A stretch of 64,000 nucleotides of DNA from Camelus ferus (taxonomy: Eukaryota): positions 2,544,001-2,608,000 of the forward strand of contig NC_045696.1 of assembly GCF_009834535.1 (NCBI RefSeq). Reading direction: 5' to 3'. The notes under the pieces are model-generated. The model made no database searches. It saw only the letters and a program-made list of their open reading frames with translations, and was not told where the DNA came from. The position numbers and the translations under genes were made by a program. Each line of letters opens with the position of its first letter. Positions within the stretch are counted from its first letter, which is position 1. Positions 24,615-37,497 of this stretch are shown piece by piece.

Positions 24615-25030
24615 GCCTGCTCCGTGCCCGGACGCGGGGTCTGCACGCAGACTCTCACGTCTGGGGTGAAAACGCCCCCCCCCCCCCCCCCCCGGCACCG
24701 TGAGCAGCGCGGGCAGGAGCGGGCGTCCGGGCAGCTTCCTCGCGCCGCCGTGTTGGGAGGGCCGGGGCGGGCCGGGCCCCACTCGGAGGCGGGCTGCTGC
24801 CGCCGGGCCGGGCCGGGCCGGGCCGGGCCGGGCTCCCGTCCCACCCGGGGCTCCGCGGAGAGCCGCGCACGTCAGGCAGGAGTGCGGGAGGAGGGAGCGA
24901 GGCCCGCAGGGCCGGCCCTGCGTGGGCCCCACGAGCTCCGCTCCTCCGGGCGCCAGCCTGCGGGCGTCTGTCCTCTGTGACCTGTTCTCTGCCTGAGCGC
25001 GTCGCCCAAGCCCATGCAGGGCCGCGGGGC
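24615..25030. promoter_or_regulatory. CpG island, candidate promoter
   Basis: Very high GC and dense CpG, GC boxes (ggggcggg), C19 run at 24675-24693 and (CCGGG)6 at 24803-24832. Confidence 0.75.
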
Positions 25031-26799
25031 TCAGGGTCAGCCCCAGCCTCCCCCGAGGAGGAGGAGCACCTGCTGGAGGTCAGACTGAGTCCATTTCCAG
25101 GTGCCGGGCGGCTCCGGGGGCTTCCCTCCTGCCGTGGTTTCCCCAGAGAGGAGAGGGAGGTCGCCCTCTGACCCCTCCTCCGTGAGCGCACAGTCGAGGT
25201 CACTGGGGCCCACAGACAGGACAGGCCCGGCCAGGTCCCAGCAGCCTACCTTTCCCACAGGAGCCCAGTGACCCAGACTGTCCCGGCAGGCGGGGGGCAG
25301 GCCTCAGCCCCCCGGGGGCGCCCCAGACTCCCAGCCGCAGGCAGCAGTGGTGCCCACGCCTGGCCTCTGACCTCGCTCTGGGCAGCGTCTCCCTCGGGTC
25401 CCTGCCCTGATTGCTTTCAGAGAGAAAAGGAAGTGCTGCCTTTGCGAAAGGATGCTTTTATAAAATTGATTTTTCATTCATGTCTCTGCTGACCGCCGCC
25501 AGCCAAAAGGTGTCCCAGGCCCTTGTTGGGTCAGCCGATGGTCCAGCACAGAACGCCAGAGTGTCTCTGCTGTGAGACGGTCGGGTCTGAAGGAGCCGTC
25601 AGCAGGAAAACGTGGAGGTTAAATCGGATGCCTGTCCTGGAACATTTGGGGATTTCTATCACACATCACAGTCTGACGGCCTCCTGGGCCTCTGGAATAT
25701 TCCGGCAGGGCTGCCAGGCCCAGGGCTCATCGGGGTGCAATAACAGCGTGCGGTGTGGCGCCTACATCCCCTGGAGGGGTCGGGGCAGATGGGGTAAAGA
25801 GGGACGAGTCTGCAAGGTCCTCCGAGAGCCAGTGGTGTCCCAGGGTCTCTGGGGCGGCTCTAAGGAGGGTCCACGGGGGCGCTGGGCTTCCCAGTGTGTC
25901 CTTGCTGCCCCCAAGTGAGGGGGCCTTCCCCGACTCCCCACCCCACCGGGCGCTGGCCACGTGATCTCCGGGCCCAGCATCCTCTGTGTGGTTCTCCTTC
26001 AGGAAGTGTCCAGGGGGAGCTCAAGATACAGAATTTCAGAAAACAAAATCCCAACTCAGAATAACTTAAAAAAAAAGAGTTTATCAGGAGTCCTGGGTGG
26101 GGTGGGTCTCAGGGCTGTGGCAGCCCAGACGTCTCACCACCTCTCTGCTCCGTCCCGTCCTGTTCCTTTCCAAGTGGGGCCTCTCCCCTCCTGCAGAGGG
26201 CCCTCCTTCAGGAGTCTGGGGTCCTGGCCGTGGCACCCCAAGGCCTGCATGGTGGTCCATGTTAGAAACCCCAGAAGAACGAGAGCCCCTTCCTAGCCTG
26301 GTCCGCAGATGCCCTGACGGTGCCGCCTGGAGCCCACTCCTGGGCCAGTCACATTAGCCGGGAGGTGGGTACCATGTTTGGGCAACGGGGGCTCACAGGT
26401 CCCCAGGGTCCGTGCAGGCTGGGCTCTGAGGTCGGCAGCCCAGATCCACCCAGAGTCGGGCTGCGCCCGCTCCCCCACAGCATTCTGTCAGAGGGGGTGA
26501 CACGTGGGGCCGGCAGCCCCGCCAGACCCACCACACCCCAGGAGCCCCAGGAAGTGGGACCAAGGAGTGTGGGCTGAGCATGGGGATGGCCCCCAGGCCC
26601 GGTTCTGCCACCACCTGCCCTGTGCGCTTCAGCAAGTCCCTTCCTGCCTCTGGGGCTGTCACTTCACCCAAAATGAGAGCATCTGAGGGGATCAGGGGTG
26701 TCAACTATCTATCCTCAGATCTGACCTGTTTGTAGCCGACCCTCCAGCTGAGGGCAGTTTTAACATATTTAAATAGCTGGAGGAGGAGGAGGCAGAGAA

Positions 26800-27020
26800 G
26801 GAGATTATTTTACAATACGTGGGGATTACAGGAAACTCAAATGTCAGGGCCCATAAATAACGCTTTATTGGCACATGGCCACGGCCACTTGCTTGCCTGT
26901 CCTCCCAGGCGGCTTCCATAATACAGCGGCCGAGGCGGGCGGCTGCGACGGCGACTGCGCGACCGCGGAGCCTGAAAGATTTACTCCCTGGCCCTTTCCA
27001 GAAACAGTGTGCAGAGCCCA
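26800..27020. mobile_element. MER58B-like hAT-Charlie non-autonomous DNA transposon
   Basis: aaactcaaatgtcagggcccataaataacgctttattggcacatggccac...gcctgaaagatttactccctggccctttccagaaacagtgtgc matches the recalled MER58 layout. Confidence 0.75.
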
Positions 27021-29039
27021 GGGCCAGCTCCCTGCCTCCCACACTTCCCTTATTCACTGTCTGCAGCAAGATTTTAGCAGATCCAAGATGTGCTTTCAGT
27101 TCATAGTTTTCGTTTGGTCAGCTCAGGGCTAACTTCGCTACTGACTCAGTCCTGACCGTAAGTGGTAAAACCCTGCAATCGTGGTTCTGATGCTCGGCAT
27201 TCTTTCTAAAACACAAGAAAATCCATACAGGACTTTTAGAAGCAGACACTGCATCCTGTCCCTCTCCTCCTGCCTCCAGCGTGGTGTCCCCATGGCCCCG
27301 CTGACCTTGAGGCCTCTTCCCACTGGACACTGGGCTTCTCTGGCCCTGGTGCCCCCTCCCTGCCTGTGGCCACCTTGGTCACCAGCCTAGCGGGCGCTCA
27401 GCCTTCTGGGGTCAGAGGCACAGCTGATGCCTGAAGACTGGGAAGGAATCTGGGCACTCTGTGTGTCTCCAGTCGCCGCCTTCCTCCCTGAGTCAGCCCC
27501 AGACTACGAGTGTCAACTCCGTCAAGCTCCCTGGAAGGAAGGAGTCCAAGGAGAAGGAGGGCCGGCCCCACCCGCAGCCCAAGCAAGCACTGGGCTACGT
27601 GACTGGGAGCAGCGTGGTGGGAAGGGGAGGGGCGGAAGTCTGACGAGTCACTGGTGATTTGGGACAGTGGGGAGAAGCCTGGGGTATCTGGGTCATGTTT
27701 TTTGTTGGTGTGGGGCTGTCCCTGCCTCCCCAGCTGGGCCCTGGAGGGAGGTAGGCCTGTGGTCCAACGCTGGGTCGGAGGCTGCTGCGGGCTCTTTGGT
27801 GGGAGATGTCTAAGGCGGGGGGGAAGGAGCCATGTGGACGTGGCGGGGCTCGGGGCGTGGCCTTCAGTGTCCACTAGGAAGTCCGGGCTGAGATCCCCTG
27901 AGGCCCTTGTCTTCGTGCTCCTGCTTACCCACCATAAGGCCCCGGAGAGCTCTGTGGACCCCACTTCCCACCTGAAGTAAAGGAGACGCCCCACGGCCAC
28001 CCCCGAGGGGCACCATGACCCACCCGACGTGGTCTGGGGGCCGCTGGACAGTGGGATGGGGAGTCTTATCTCAGGAACCTTCCGCTTGTTTCTATCTTGG
28101 CCCAAACTGCAGAGTCCAGATGTCACAGTATGCAGGATGGAGCCAAGCGTCCCCAGAGTCCCTGGCAGGGGACTCCCTCCTGAGAGAGCCAGGAAGCAAA
28201 GGCTAACGGACCACCTGAGTCAGAGGCAGAAGGAGGTCCACCTGCAGGGCTGTCTGCCGTGGGAATTCAGATTCTCGGATGGTGTGCCCTTTGCCGAGCT
28301 GTTGGGCAGGCAGCCTACCGAGGGCTCCGGGCAGTGGCTGCTCACCCTTGGCCCTGGCAGGCCCACCCGGAACACTCTCTGGGCTTCCCACTCCACCGTC
28401 TCCCAAACCCGCCAGCTCCAAGGCGGATGTTGGGGGCCGCCCATCAAAGGAGAGGGTGATGCTGGCTGGAAACCCATGTGCCTGCAGAGGCAGGCCTGCC
28501 TTTCACTGGATGTCTACCCTTGGGAACCTTCCAGAGTACAGAATGCAGAGGGGATCTGGCAGGAAGCTGCCTGTCTTTCGGCAAATTGGGAGGAGTCCTC
28601 CAGGCCAAAGGGGTGGCAGACCATCCACAAACTCTTGAGAGGGGTCCCCTGGAGACCCGGGATGGGTGAGAAGGACAGGGAGACGGCCCGACAGGCTCAG
28701 GATGGGGCTGCTTCCCGAAGGAGGGAGAGCCCAGCCCGGAGGGTCTCCAGGTAGAGGCATGCTTTTGAGGAGGAAAAAGAGAACAGCCCACACTCATAAG
28801 CGTGTGATCACACCCAAGGGTTTCCTTATTGGAAGTGCCCCAGCTGCTCACCTGGTGGTTCCTGTGGGCCATGCACGCCCCCCGCCCTCACTCAGGTGCT
28901 CTGCGGCCTTCTGCCAGGAAAGAAACCGGAGCCACCCTTTCCCCACCCAGACCCAGGATGCTCTCGGCAAATCCAGAGTGGCAGGAAAACGTGGTGGGAA
29001 TGGAGGCTCCTCCTCTCTGAGCTTCAGCCAGGCAGGAGC

Positions 29040-29720
29040 TCCTCACGTCCGCTACCCACGTAATCCTCGCAATTCAACCCCCCGGGGGGGGGGGGTGACC
29101 AATGCGCCCGAATGAGGTCCCGGGGGTCCCGGCACCTTTGGCTCGGCCCGCCGTCCGTGGGGCTTCCTCCGCCGGTCCCGTCAGGATGCGCGTCCTGCGG
29201 GAGGAGCCCCGTGGGAGGAGAGCCAGGGCGGGGCCTCAGGAGCACACACACCCAGGTCTGAAGAGGCCCCAGGCTTCTCCAGAAATATTTCAGGAACGGC
29301 AGTGAGAAGCCCGGGCAGACGTGCTCCCCGCACGTCGGCATCTCAGCCCTCAGGACCGTGCGGGGCCGCTTGTGCGTGTCCCCAGGGAAGTGGGCAGCCC
29401 GCTGGGGCCCGGGAGCCTGGCCTCGGGGAGCGCCTGCTCTCCCGAGGAAGGGGCCCGCTGGGGACTGGAGAGAGGTGACCTGGGGTCACTTGCTTTCCTG
29501 TGTGTTCCTGCAAATCTTTCGGAAAGGGCCTCCCATGTGCTGGCATTTCGTGTAGTCTTTCCAGACCTTGATTCGGCCTCCCGGCAGGTGAGGGGGCTTT
29601 GAAGACCAGAGCTAGCGGTGCGCTGGGAGCGGCTCGGACAGACAGCCCCGAGTGTGCTGCCCGCGGTATAAGTACTCCCAGCTCGGCGGACGCGAGGCCA
29701 CCGAGGGCAGCGTGGGAATG
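29040..29720. promoter_or_regulatory. CpG-rich segment with CCAAT and GC boxes (candidate regulatory element)
   Basis: C6G12 run at 29078-29095, CCAAT at 29099-29103, gggcggggc at about 29226 and many CpGs. Confidence 0.4.
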
Positions 29721-31571
29721 TGCCCACCCGGGGTTCCACACAGCACGGCTCAGACCACCAGCTGTGTCTTCACTCGCCGGAGAGGGCAGCTGTGGTGCAG
29801 GGAGCTGGGACCCCGTCATTTCCTAAGACAGCTGGAAGCTGGAGACGGCACGCAGCTTGTCCCTGCCATGTGTCAAGCACGAGACAGAGCCCAGACTCCA
29901 ATACAGACCTTCCATGCCAAAGCAAAGCTCGCTCTCTCTCATTGCCAACAGCTTCTCCAGCGATGCCTGGGAAGACTTGGGGCCCAGCAACGCTCACCCC
30001 CTGGCAGAAGCCAGCATCCCTGCTGCCCTGGCCCAGGCGAGGTGGGGACTCCTCTGGGTGTGGTCCCTGGCTGTGAGGCCCGTGAGCTGCCTGTCTCAGG
30101 CCAGGGCTCCTGCGTCCTGCTCTATCCAGGTGCCCTGAGCTTCTAGAACATTCAGGCAGGTGGAGGCAGTGTGGGGAGGGTGGGGGTGTATGCTCCCAGA
30201 GCCGCCCAGCCCGGCCCTCTGATACCACCTTTAGAAAGAGCAGCATTTGCTTTTGAAGGGCACCGGTGTGTGTGCTCCACTTACGGGATGACTTCTGATT
30301 ATTTTCTTAATGGGAGAGCAAACATTTAAGTCTTATAAACCAAAGGGCAGGTTGGAATGTGTGAGAAGACCAACTTCGGGGCCCTGCCACCGCGGCTTGA
30401 CAGGGAGTGAGCAGGAAGGCAGACAGCTGGCCGCGGTCGGCCTTGCTCAGCTAGAACCGGCAGAGAGACGCCCCCTCTGTCCGGGGCACGGGCTGGCGGC
30501 CAGGGCTCTGTTCGCCTGTGGTGGGGCGAGGGGGACAGGGCTCCTCAACCTTTCTGACCCCTTTCCTGTCTGGGAAACAAGGCTTGGGGTGGGGAGGGGA
30601 GGGGGTCCTTCTACCTCCGGGGTGCCTTTGCTGAGCCTGGGGCACCCCTGCCAGGCCCTCCCCCCACCAGCCCCCTCCCGGCTTGCACGTGATGGCCGCC
30701 GGCCTGGCCATGTGGACAGCGTGACCATCAGTCAACTGCCCATCAGCTGGGTCCACCTGTGCCAATTGTTTTAGTTATTAAAGCAAAACAGAACAGAGAC
30801 CAACCTCAGCCCGGAGCACGGAGAGAGGAAAGCTGGAGGGAGGCCACGGGAGGGTCCACGCCCCCTGCGGAGAGCAGCTCTTTCCTGAGGAGCCGCAGGT
30901 GCTCCCACAGTCCAGCGGCAGCATCTCCGCCTTGGATGAGGACCAGACAGAGCCCCAGACAGGAAGTGGGGAGGCCGGCCTCCCAGCAGGCCCAACTGGC
31001 CCACGTGGACGGTACTGGGTGCCAGACATTTTGGGTCTCCAGGCAGGACCACACAGGCCACTCTGGCCCCTCCAGCAGGCGCTCCATAGGGAGGGGTCCC
31101 GGCCCTCCGAGGGCCGCCCACCTGGGCGGGGTCAGCCGCGGCCTCCCACCGCACCCAGAGTGACCCTCAGGGCGGGCTTTTCTCTGCACACCGCCCAGCC
31201 ACGTCTGCCGGCCCCGGTGATGGGGCTGAGGTCTCAGGAACTGGGCTCTTCTCCCGGCGGCCCGGCGGGGCAAAGGCGCCCTTGAGGTAGGGCCTGGTGT
31301 TCTCATCCTCAGCTCCTGCTTTGTCCTGCCCACCTGAACCTGCCACTGGTCCCAGGCGGCCACCTCAGCCCCTGGACATCCTATTCTTCTGCGTCCACTG
31401 AGTCCAGGGCAGACGGTCTTGGTCCTGACCACACCATGGCGGGGGGGGTGGGGGCACAGAGAAAGGAGGGTCCTTGTATTGAGCAGGAATTGATCAAAAT
31501 CCTGAAAAGGGCCCTCTCTGTGATAGCAGGTGCTGATCTGGGAACAGAAAGCAGCTGAACACCCTGCTGCC

Positions 31572-31755
31572 ATGTGCGTGTGTGTGTGTGTTGCACGTGT
31601 GCATACATGTGCATGCATGTATGCATGTGCATGGTGTGTGAATGTGGTGAACACACGTGTGTGCTCGCAGTCCTTGTGTTTCTGTGCACACTGCTGCATC
31701 TGTGCAGCACTTGTGCACACATGTGCATCCATGTATGAGCACGTGTGTGTGTGTG
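31572..31755 (+). repeat. Degenerate (TG/CA)n alternating purine-pyrimidine tract
   Basis: About 185 bp of tgtg/tgca/catg units, seen directly. Confidence 0.9.
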
Positions 31756-33358
31756 TAAGGAAGGACAGAACACTCCGGCAGGCGGGTTGAGGTGGCTTTT
31801 TCCATGGCAGTCAGGGTCCCAGGAGGGCTCTGATCCAGAGGTGCTGGGAAGTTTGCTCTGGGTCTGCATGGTTGTCACACCTGGCTCCCCAAGTTCCTCC
31901 AAGGATCCCCGGATGTGTGTGGTCTGTGGGCTGCTCTGGTGAGGATCTGCTGACAGGTGCACCTCCACCAGCTCCTTGGAGGCTCAGGGAGGCCAGATGG
32001 TAGCAGCTCCGGACAGCTACTGTTTACACCCACCCTGTCAGGAGACCTGGAGGAAACGGGAAACCCACCCCACTCTGCTCAACGCCACTCAGAGGCTGCC
32101 CTGCCCCCTGCTCCCAAACGTCCCTGGGGTGGGTCCACCTGGCCTGACTTCCTCCCATGTTTCTAGTGCACTCCGGGCAAATGGCCACAACCAGGGCTGA
32201 AGGACCCTGGGCACCTGCTGGATGGGGAGACAGGGCAGGAGACAGCCTGGCAAGCAGAACTGTGGTTCCACAGGGTGGCTGACCTCGCTGGGAGCTGAGA
32301 GTGGCTGGCTCTCCTTGACCTCCAGGGAGCCCACATGCCATGCTGGCTGCCCTTTGAAGAGCAGCTGATTATCTCAAATGCCAGGCCCCACGCTGCAGCC
32401 CGCCGCCTCCCTCCCTCCCCGCCGTGGACCGCAGGGCTGCCGGCTGAGGACGGGGTGGCAGCTGCTCGGAGAACTGGAAGCTTTTGATTTGCGTCAATGC
32501 TGAGCTGGCCAGGAGGGGCCTTCATGCTGGGCGCTTGGCAGCCGCCTGGAATCACAGTGACGTCACAGCTCTGGGCACCGACCTCGCAGGCGCAGGGGGT
32601 CCCTGGGGAGATGGGCTGCACGTCCACAGAGCGCTGCCTGCTAAGCCGTGCTCCTGCCTCCCTGAGAGCTGGACGGCTGGGCAACGGGGCTTCTAAAAGC
32701 AGTTTCCGTGATGCAAGCATCCCAGGGTCAGGCCCCGAGAGGAGGGAGCGGAAGCCGGAATCTCTGCCCCAGTGGGTTCGGGATGGCTCCCAGGAACAGC
32801 AGCTGGCCACCCTGTGGCCACTGGAGGACTCCAGCTAATTGAGGGACTTGGCAGGGGCCTGCTGCCACCACAGCAAACCTGCAATTTCACTGAGACAAAT
32901 GCTTCCTCAGAGGAGCCTAATGAGAAACACAGCTGTCGGAGTGTGTGGGGAAACGCTCGCTTCCGACCTGCTCCTGGGGGGCCCGAGGCCCAGGTGTGAG
33001 CCAGAACTTTCTTGGGTGGAGAGAGCCGGTCTAGGGGTGGGGCGACCCTGCTGCCTCCTGCAGCTCCCCTGTGTGGCCCTCCCGGCGTCCCCCTTTGTCA
33101 CTGCCCCCTCCCCCCACTCTGGGACAGGAGCAAAGGTGAGTCACCTCGGAGATACAACGCTTTATCCACACGAGGCCTTCTGAGAAGGTGACCCCGGCTC
33201 CCCTCAACCCACTTTGAGCTGAAACAAGTAGGGTGTCCTCCTGTCACCAGCCCAGCACCCCTCCAGGGCACCCCTGACACAGGATACCTCCAACTCCTCT
33301 GGACAGGGACCACCCTGAGAGCCGGAACCCCACCTCCCTCTGCACCTGGGCAACACCA

Positions 33359-33423
33359 CTGCATGTGTGCGTGTGCACGTGTGTGCGTGTCCATGCACGT
33401 GTGTGTGTGTGTGCGCGCGCGCG
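33359..33423 (+). repeat. (TG)n/(CG)n alternating tract
   Basis: tgcatgtgtgcgtgtgcacgtg...tgtgtgcgcgcgcgc, seen directly. Confidence 0.9.
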
Positions 33424-34267
33424 GCTCAGTGCGCCTGCTCTGAGTGGCCCTCCTCCAGGCAGCAAACATGGGCGGCAGGGGGATGCTGTGGCCTCAGGCC
33501 CGGGGTGGGGGCCGCGTCCCCCCAGCTGTGCTGTGGAACCTGGAGGTCAGACCCGCGAGCTGCCCTCACCGCAGGGCTCACGTCTGCGCGCCAAGCGGCG
33601 GGGCGCCCGGGCCTGGTTTTGCGTCTCCCTCTATCCCCTAACGCTCACCCTTCACACAGGCCATCTCGTCCTTGCTCATACAGAGTGCTGGTAACCCTCT
33701 CCTCTCCTCTGAGAATCCAAGAATCCGCTTCTCCCTGAGGAGTTCCGGGCACCCTGCCCCACCCCACCCCTGCCGAGTGCCCGTTCAGGCTCAGCAGGGA
33801 TGCAGAGAGGGGCCCCTCACCCCAACGGGACATTCGGACTCTTCACTCCGGGGCCAGCAACCTCAGGGGCCCAACAGCCGTGCTTCCCTGACTCAGGGGT
33901 CCCAGGGCTTCTCTGGTTCCACCCACTGACACCCTCAGTCCAGGCGGCTGCCCACAGGGGGCCAGTTTGGGCTAGTCACCGCAGGACGCAGGTGCTGTGC
34001 CCTGTCAGGTCGGGAAGAAGGGGACGGAAAGTCAGGAGGCGTGGTCTGCTGTGGTGCAGGAGAGCCTCCCATGCCAGCCGCCCCCCGACACGGGGTGAGG
34101 GGGTCGGGCCGTGGCCTGCTCCCCGCCCCAGCTGTGCAGCCCTGCAGGCCCTGTGACCAGTGGCCGCCGGCTCCCTCCCCACCCCCGCACCCCAGCCTCG
34201 CTCCTGCCGCTGCTGCCAGGGCTCTGAGTTGAGTCACTGGCATGTCCCTCACTCTGAGTATCCTGGG

Positions 34268-34661
34268 TGTAGCCGTTTCCTGGGCCGGCCGTAACAAATC
34301 ACCACAAACCGGGTGGGTTAAGCCACAGAAACTCATTCTCTCACAGCTCTGGAGGCCACAAGTCCAGGTTAAGGTGTGGGCAGGGCTGGTTCCTTCTGAG
34401 GACGGGGAGAAAGTCTGACCGCAGCCTATTCTGCTCCTGCTGGCTGGAAATGCGCCCCCCAACCTCCACCTCCGTCCTCACGTGGCCCCTCCCTGCGAGT
34501 CCGTGTCTTCTTCCCGTCACTGGATTTTGGACCACCCTGATCCAGGATGTCCTCATCTCCATCCTTACCTCAAGCCCACCTGCACAGGCCACACTGCACG
34601 TCAGGCCACATCCCCAGGTCTGGGCAGACATCTCTCTCAGGGCCACCACTCAGCCTCTACA
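34268..34661 (-). mobile_element. MaLR LTR (MLT1C/D-type)
   Basis: ccgtaacaaatcaccacaaaccgggtgggttaagccacagaaactcattctctcacagctctggaggccacaagtcc...aaggtgtgggcagggctggttcc. Confidence 0.85.
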
Positions 34662-37497
34662 CCAGGTTAGCAGGAAAAACAGTCCCCTGTCTTAAATATG
34701 AGCTCATCTAATTGGCCCAGCCAGAGGGGACCAGAGCAGGACACTGAGGTCTGACACGAAGGCTGACAGGGGCAGGCCAGGCTGGGTGGGGTAGGGCCAG
34801 GACGAGAATGGAGGTGCTGCTCTGCCAAACCCCAGGGGCTTGGGGTGACTCTGGGGGTCGGTCTTGGCCCCATCCAGTGGCTCAGACCTCTGGAGGCCTC
34901 CCCTCTGCCTGCCAGGCCCCCAGCCCTTGCCCAGTGATCTCTGGCTGGGTCCTGGCTCTCCCTGGCCAGCAGGGGCTGGGGCTGGGGCTCCTGGGCATGC
35001 AACTGGGCCTCTGAGCCACTTAGGGCAGAGCCACCCAATGTGATGCCAAAAGATCCTCCTCAGATGACACACTGTCACCATGACCTGCCCCAGGCCTGCA
35101 GAGCCGGCCCAGCAAGAGTCTTCGAGCTGGTCGGACTGGTCAGAGTGGCCGCCTGCACTGCTTGGAGCAGGAGCAGGGAGCAGGGCAGGACCGAGGGGCA
35201 GGACGGACTCCCTCCCCTCCAACCCCAGCCTGCTCCAGGCTGCCAGCTGGGTCGGGGCCCCACTTCTGGAGGGCGTGGCCTCTGCAATCTGACTCCTCGA
35301 AGCCGCTTCTGCCTGACACCAGGGTGGAGATGTGACTCATGGTGGAGTCCTCCTGGGAGGGCGGAGGGGACCAGGCTAAGGGGACATGGGAAGGGCATCT
35401 GGCCACAAACAGTTGCACACGTGCTAAGCTTCCAGCCCCTACACTGCAGTGGGTGGGGCGGGCCTGGCGGTCAGGGCCCACACCCTGGGAACAGTGTGGG
35501 GTGCCCAGCTGGGTGGGGGGAGCCCAGGCTGGGACACCCGCCACCAGAGAGCAGCCAGGATGCCGGGGGTCTCCTCCTTCCCTCCCTCCCTGCAGGCAGT
35601 GCCGGCCACAGGGTGCCCTCCGGCATTATCAATGGAGGCAGGGTCGTCCCTGGGGCTCAGGGTAAGGGGATGGATGGACACACATTCAGCCCAGGCCTCT
35701 AGGGAATGGGCCTGAGGCACAGAACCCCCGGGCACCTGTGGGTGAGGTGGGGGCTTGGAGCACTGGCCCCAGAGATGGGGACACCTGGCAGCCCCTCGGA
35801 TTGGATAGGGAGTCTGGGAGCGCTGCAGCCCGCAGAGCCTGGACCACGGCCCGGGGCCCCAGGTGCTGGTGATGGCTGGTGTGCAGGGGGCCGTGATGTG
35901 GCCTCCCCGGCTGTGGCCTGGGGCCACTGGTTTTCCAGGCAGGAAAGTGTCTGGCGGCCCCACGGCACCCCCAGCACTCTCTGCACTTGCCCGGCTTGAG
36001 GGTGCCGTGGGACGAAGTGCCTCTCCGCCTGTGGCTCTGAGGCAGGCGGGGCCACGGGCCTGGACGGTTTCCGGGTGAGCTCTCCATGCGATGCGCCCAC
36101 AGCTAGGCCCTGCTCCCGTCAGGGGATGTCAGCACGGGCTTTCTCACAGACCACTGGTCCTCCAGCTCCGGCTGGGGGTCCTCTCGGGTTAACCCTTGGC
36201 CCTTGGCGGGTCTGTCTCAGCCTTAAGCCTAAGTACCCCCTGCCCCCACCCCGGGCTTTGTCACAGGAATGTTCCACTTCTGTTCCCACTGGGACCCTCT
36301 CTCCAGGGACAGCTCCCTCTGTCTGGAGCCCCAGCGTGGAAGGTCTGTTCCCAGGAGAAAAGGGGCCCCCGTGTGGCTGAGTCAGGGGAGCAGAGGGACA
36401 GGTCTCTAGCCGTCTGGGGCAGACACTTGTGTTTAAAATCCCCTGCGAGGGGAGCAACTGGCAGTCCTGCTCCAGAGGACTGGTCAGGGCCCCACTGCAC
36501 TGGCAGCTCTGTGTCTTGTGTGTGTGTTTGGCGGGGGCGGGTCCCGAGGGCCTGGCAGGATCCCCACCACCGGCAGCTCACAGACACTCCTCTCCGCCCC
36601 AGCCTCACTTGCTGGGGGAGGATTCCCACATCCTGCTCCATCCTCACTGGCCTCGGGGCCCCTCCCCTGGAGAGCTGGAGGCTGGGCCCACAGTGGCCAT
36701 GACACCCGGTAACCAGGCCTTTGCCGAGTGGCCAACCTGCCTTTTGCACTTGGAGGTGGTTGGAGGAGACCGGGGTAGGGGAAGGACCCTGATCCTCCCC
36801 CCAGACCACTCTAGGCCCGTGCCACTCCCCTGTCCGTCCGCAGTGACCCTACCCGCTCCTGCGTCCTCCCTCCGGCACCTGTTTCCCAAAGTCTCCCACG
36901 TACTGACTTTGCAGAAAATGCTCACCTTTGGAGGCGCCCTGATGACCAGGAGAGGCTGGGTTCTCCTGGGGCTCCTCGCTGGGGCGTCCATTCAGCCCGG
37001 GACCCAGGTGCAGCCCCGGGCCAGGTGGGCTCAATGGCTGCACTCACCTGTAACCCATTTGGGCTGCCGGAGCAGGAAGCCCTGGTTCGAGCTGATGCCG
37101 TGCCTCTGGTCATCTTGGGAAGGGCCTGGCTGCCTTTCAGTTTCCCCAGTTTGTCTCCTCCCCGTCTCCCAAGCCCGAAGCCCACTCCCCTGCTGCCCAC
37201 CCCCAGCTTTCCCTGCTCCCTCTCGCCCAGTGACGAGCCCTGACCCACAGGCGTGGAAGAGCCAGCATCCGGGCGCGTGTGCTGGGGAGGAAGGAGCTGG
37301 CCCGACAGGGGGGCGCCGTCCTACCACGGGCGGTGGCTGCGCTAAGGGCCCTGGGCGTGCCGTCTCACGTAATCGTCCTGGCCCTTAACAGAGGGTACGT
37401 ATCCTCAAGTTTCAGGTGGGGAGCCCCAGGCTGTACCTGCCTCCCCATCCCACTTGGTGGAGGGCAGAATCAAGGTTTTCAGGCGGCTCGTGGCTCC

